Assembly: GCA_005191425.1 (NCBI GenBank)
Contig: SUPR01000017.1
Coordinates: 1-32,000, forward strand
Length of the DNA: 32,000 nucleotides
Direction: 5' to 3'
Source of the DNA: Candidatus Helarchaeota ASGARD archaeon Hel_GB_B
GTDB lineage: Archaea > Asgardarchaeota > Lokiarchaeia > Helarchaeales > HEL-GB-B
The position numbers and the translations under genes are program-made. Of the stretch, positions 30,651 through 32,000 are shown piece after piece. The notes beneath the pieces were generated by a model that was given only the letters and a program-made list of their open reading frames with translations, was not told the DNA's origin and ran no database searches. How positions within the stretch are numbered: position 1 is the stretch's first letter; every line of letters begins with the position of its first letter.

Positions 30651-31616
30651 ATGGAAGAAGGAAAATGGAGGATTTACTTGATCTCTGAAAAAACTTATAA
30701 AGATGATGAAGATTTTATAAAAATGTGTCCTGAATGTAAATCTACAGAGCTTATTAAAGATAGGACAAGAGGAGATACAATTTGTAGTAATTGTGGGCTT
30801 GTAATCTTAGAAAAGGAAATTGACCAAGGGCCAGAATGGCGGTCATTTGATGCTGAACAAGAAAAAAGGCGTAGAACTGGATCGCCAATGACCTATACAG
30901 TCCATGATAAAGGTCTAAGTACCATGATATCTTGGGATAACAAGGATTCATATGGAAAAAAGATATCTCCAAAAATGAAGTCTCAGATATTTAGATTAAG
31001 AAAATGGCAGATAAGAAGTAGAGTTTATTCTTCTATAGATCGAAATTTAGCTCTTGCAATGTCTGAGCTTGATAGGTTATCTTCACAATTAAATATCCCT
31101 CGGAGTATTAAAGAAAGCACTGCAGTACTTTATCGAAAGGCTACTGAGGAAAAATTAATACGTGGCCAATCTATTGAAGCAATGATAGCTGCTAGTTTAT
31201 ATTGTGTATGTCGTATTAGACATGTACCTCGAACTTTAGACGAAATTGCAACTCGTTCTTATGTCCATAAAAAAGAGATTGGGCGTTGCTATAGATTGAT
31301 TTTAAAAAAGTTAAATTTGAAAATTCCACTTGCAAGTCCAGTAGATTATATCGCTAGATTTACTAACGAATTAAATTTATCAGGTAAAACATTAAAGAGA
31401 GCTAACGAAATTATTAAACTTGCTAAAGAACATGGACTGACAATAGGAAAGGACCCAACAGGGCTTGCTGCGTCATGTATCTATATTTCGTCAATTTTGG
31501 AGGGTGAACGTCGTACACAAAGAGAAATTGCTGAAGTTGCACATGTAACAGAAGTTACTGTCAGAAATAGATACAAAGAATTGGTTAAAGAATTAAGGAT
31601 TGACATAGAAATATAA
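30651..31616 (+). CDS. tfb: Transcription initiation factor IIB (TFB); alternative TTG start at 30678 with GGAGG SD
   Basis: Zn ribbon CPEC...CSNCG, B-reader IDQGPEWRSFD, two cyclin repeats, GKDPTGLAA, C-terminal RTQREIAEVAHVTEVTVRNRYKEL. Confidence 0.97.
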   Translation: MEEGKWRIYLISEKTYKDDEDFIKMCPECKSTELIKDRTRGDTICSNCGLVILEKEIDQGPEWRSFDAEQEKRRRTGSPMTYTVHDKGLSTMISWDNKDSYGKKISPKMKSQIFRLRKWQIRSRVYSSIDRNLALAMSELDRLSSQLNIPRSIKESTAVLYRKATEEKLIRGQSIEAMIAASLYCVCRIRHVPRTLDEIATRSYVHKKEIGRCYRLILKKLNLKIPLASPVDYIARFTNELNLSGKTLKRANEIIKLAKEHGLTIGKDPTGLAASCIYISSILEGERRTQREIAEVAHVTEVTVRNRYKELVKELRIDIEI

Positions 31617-31668
31617 TCAAAAATTTATATCTTTAATGAAATAAGTTAACATTAAAAAAATATCTTGT

Positions 31669-32000
31669 TTATTCAATAATCTCAATTTCTACTTTATTAA
31701 GCTCGTCTTCCGCCCATTGATACGCTTTTAAATTATCAATATCTTGAGTTGTACTAAGAATTACCCAAATATTTTGGTGTAATTTTAAAAAGGGAAGGTC
31801 TATTGCACTAGGAATTGGACTCATTGGATGTGAATGAAAAATTCCAATAATTTCTTGATTATTTTCTTCAGCTATTCGATAGATACGATATTGTTCCTCA
31901 GGATCTATTTGGAATTTTACAGGACTTTCAACAACATTTTTAAGGGTATAAACATTTTCTACGATCCCTAAGTTGTTAGAAGTATTGATTTTACCAACAA
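31669..32000 (-). CDS. JAMM/MPN+ (Mov34) zinc metalloprotease, 5'-truncated by the window edge and absent from the ORF track
   Basis: Manual translation of an open frame: ...KFQIDPEEQYRIYRIAEENNQEIIGIFHSHPMSPIPSAIDLPF...IEIIE*, containing the JAMM H-x-H-x7-S-x2-D motif. Confidence 0.9.
   Translation of the reverse strand, partial: VGKINTSNNLGIVENVYTLKNVVESPVKFQIDPEEQYRIYRIAEENNQEIIGIFHSHPMSPIPSAIDLPFLKLHQNIWVILSTTQDIDNLKAYQWAEDELNKVEIEIIE

Noticed and set aside
1-32000. CRISPR arrays, tRNA or rRNA genes
   Set aside because: No regularly spaced repeats, cloverleaf-like GC-rich segments or rRNA-like regions were seen.

Overview
AT-rich (roughly 25-30% GC by eye) archaeal chromosomal window. 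TFB, an archaeal ArsR and a JAMM protease make it archaeal; an Asgard (Loki/Hel-like) origin is my inference from paired V4R genes, gene content and composition. Intact metabolic genes: HAD hydrolase fusion, gdhA convergent with glnA, LMW-PTP, tandem flavin split-barrel protein, an unassigned glycyl radical enzyme with no activase in the window, dPGM, FwdF-like polyferredoxin, pgk, acnA, EamA transporter and tfb. These alternate with about 7.5 kb of decayed IS elements (IS1/IS6-like, ISL3, IS4-superfamily, IS110) and pseudogenes, all on the minus strand. Best candidate for an undescribed system: a two-gene operon of a beta-class amino-DNA methyltransferase (19648-20625) and a 397-aa HhH-GPD/EndoIII-like [4Fe-4S] glycosylase/AP-lyase (20644-21837), the only clearly intact genes in a ~7.6 kb decayed island. 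It could be an R-M system with a glycosylase as the restriction component, or a methyl writer/eraser pair. Also notable is a 157-nt highly structured non-coding element upstream of the dead IS110 recombinase (bridge-RNA candidate). All calls rest on motif recognition and manual translation; no database searches were run.
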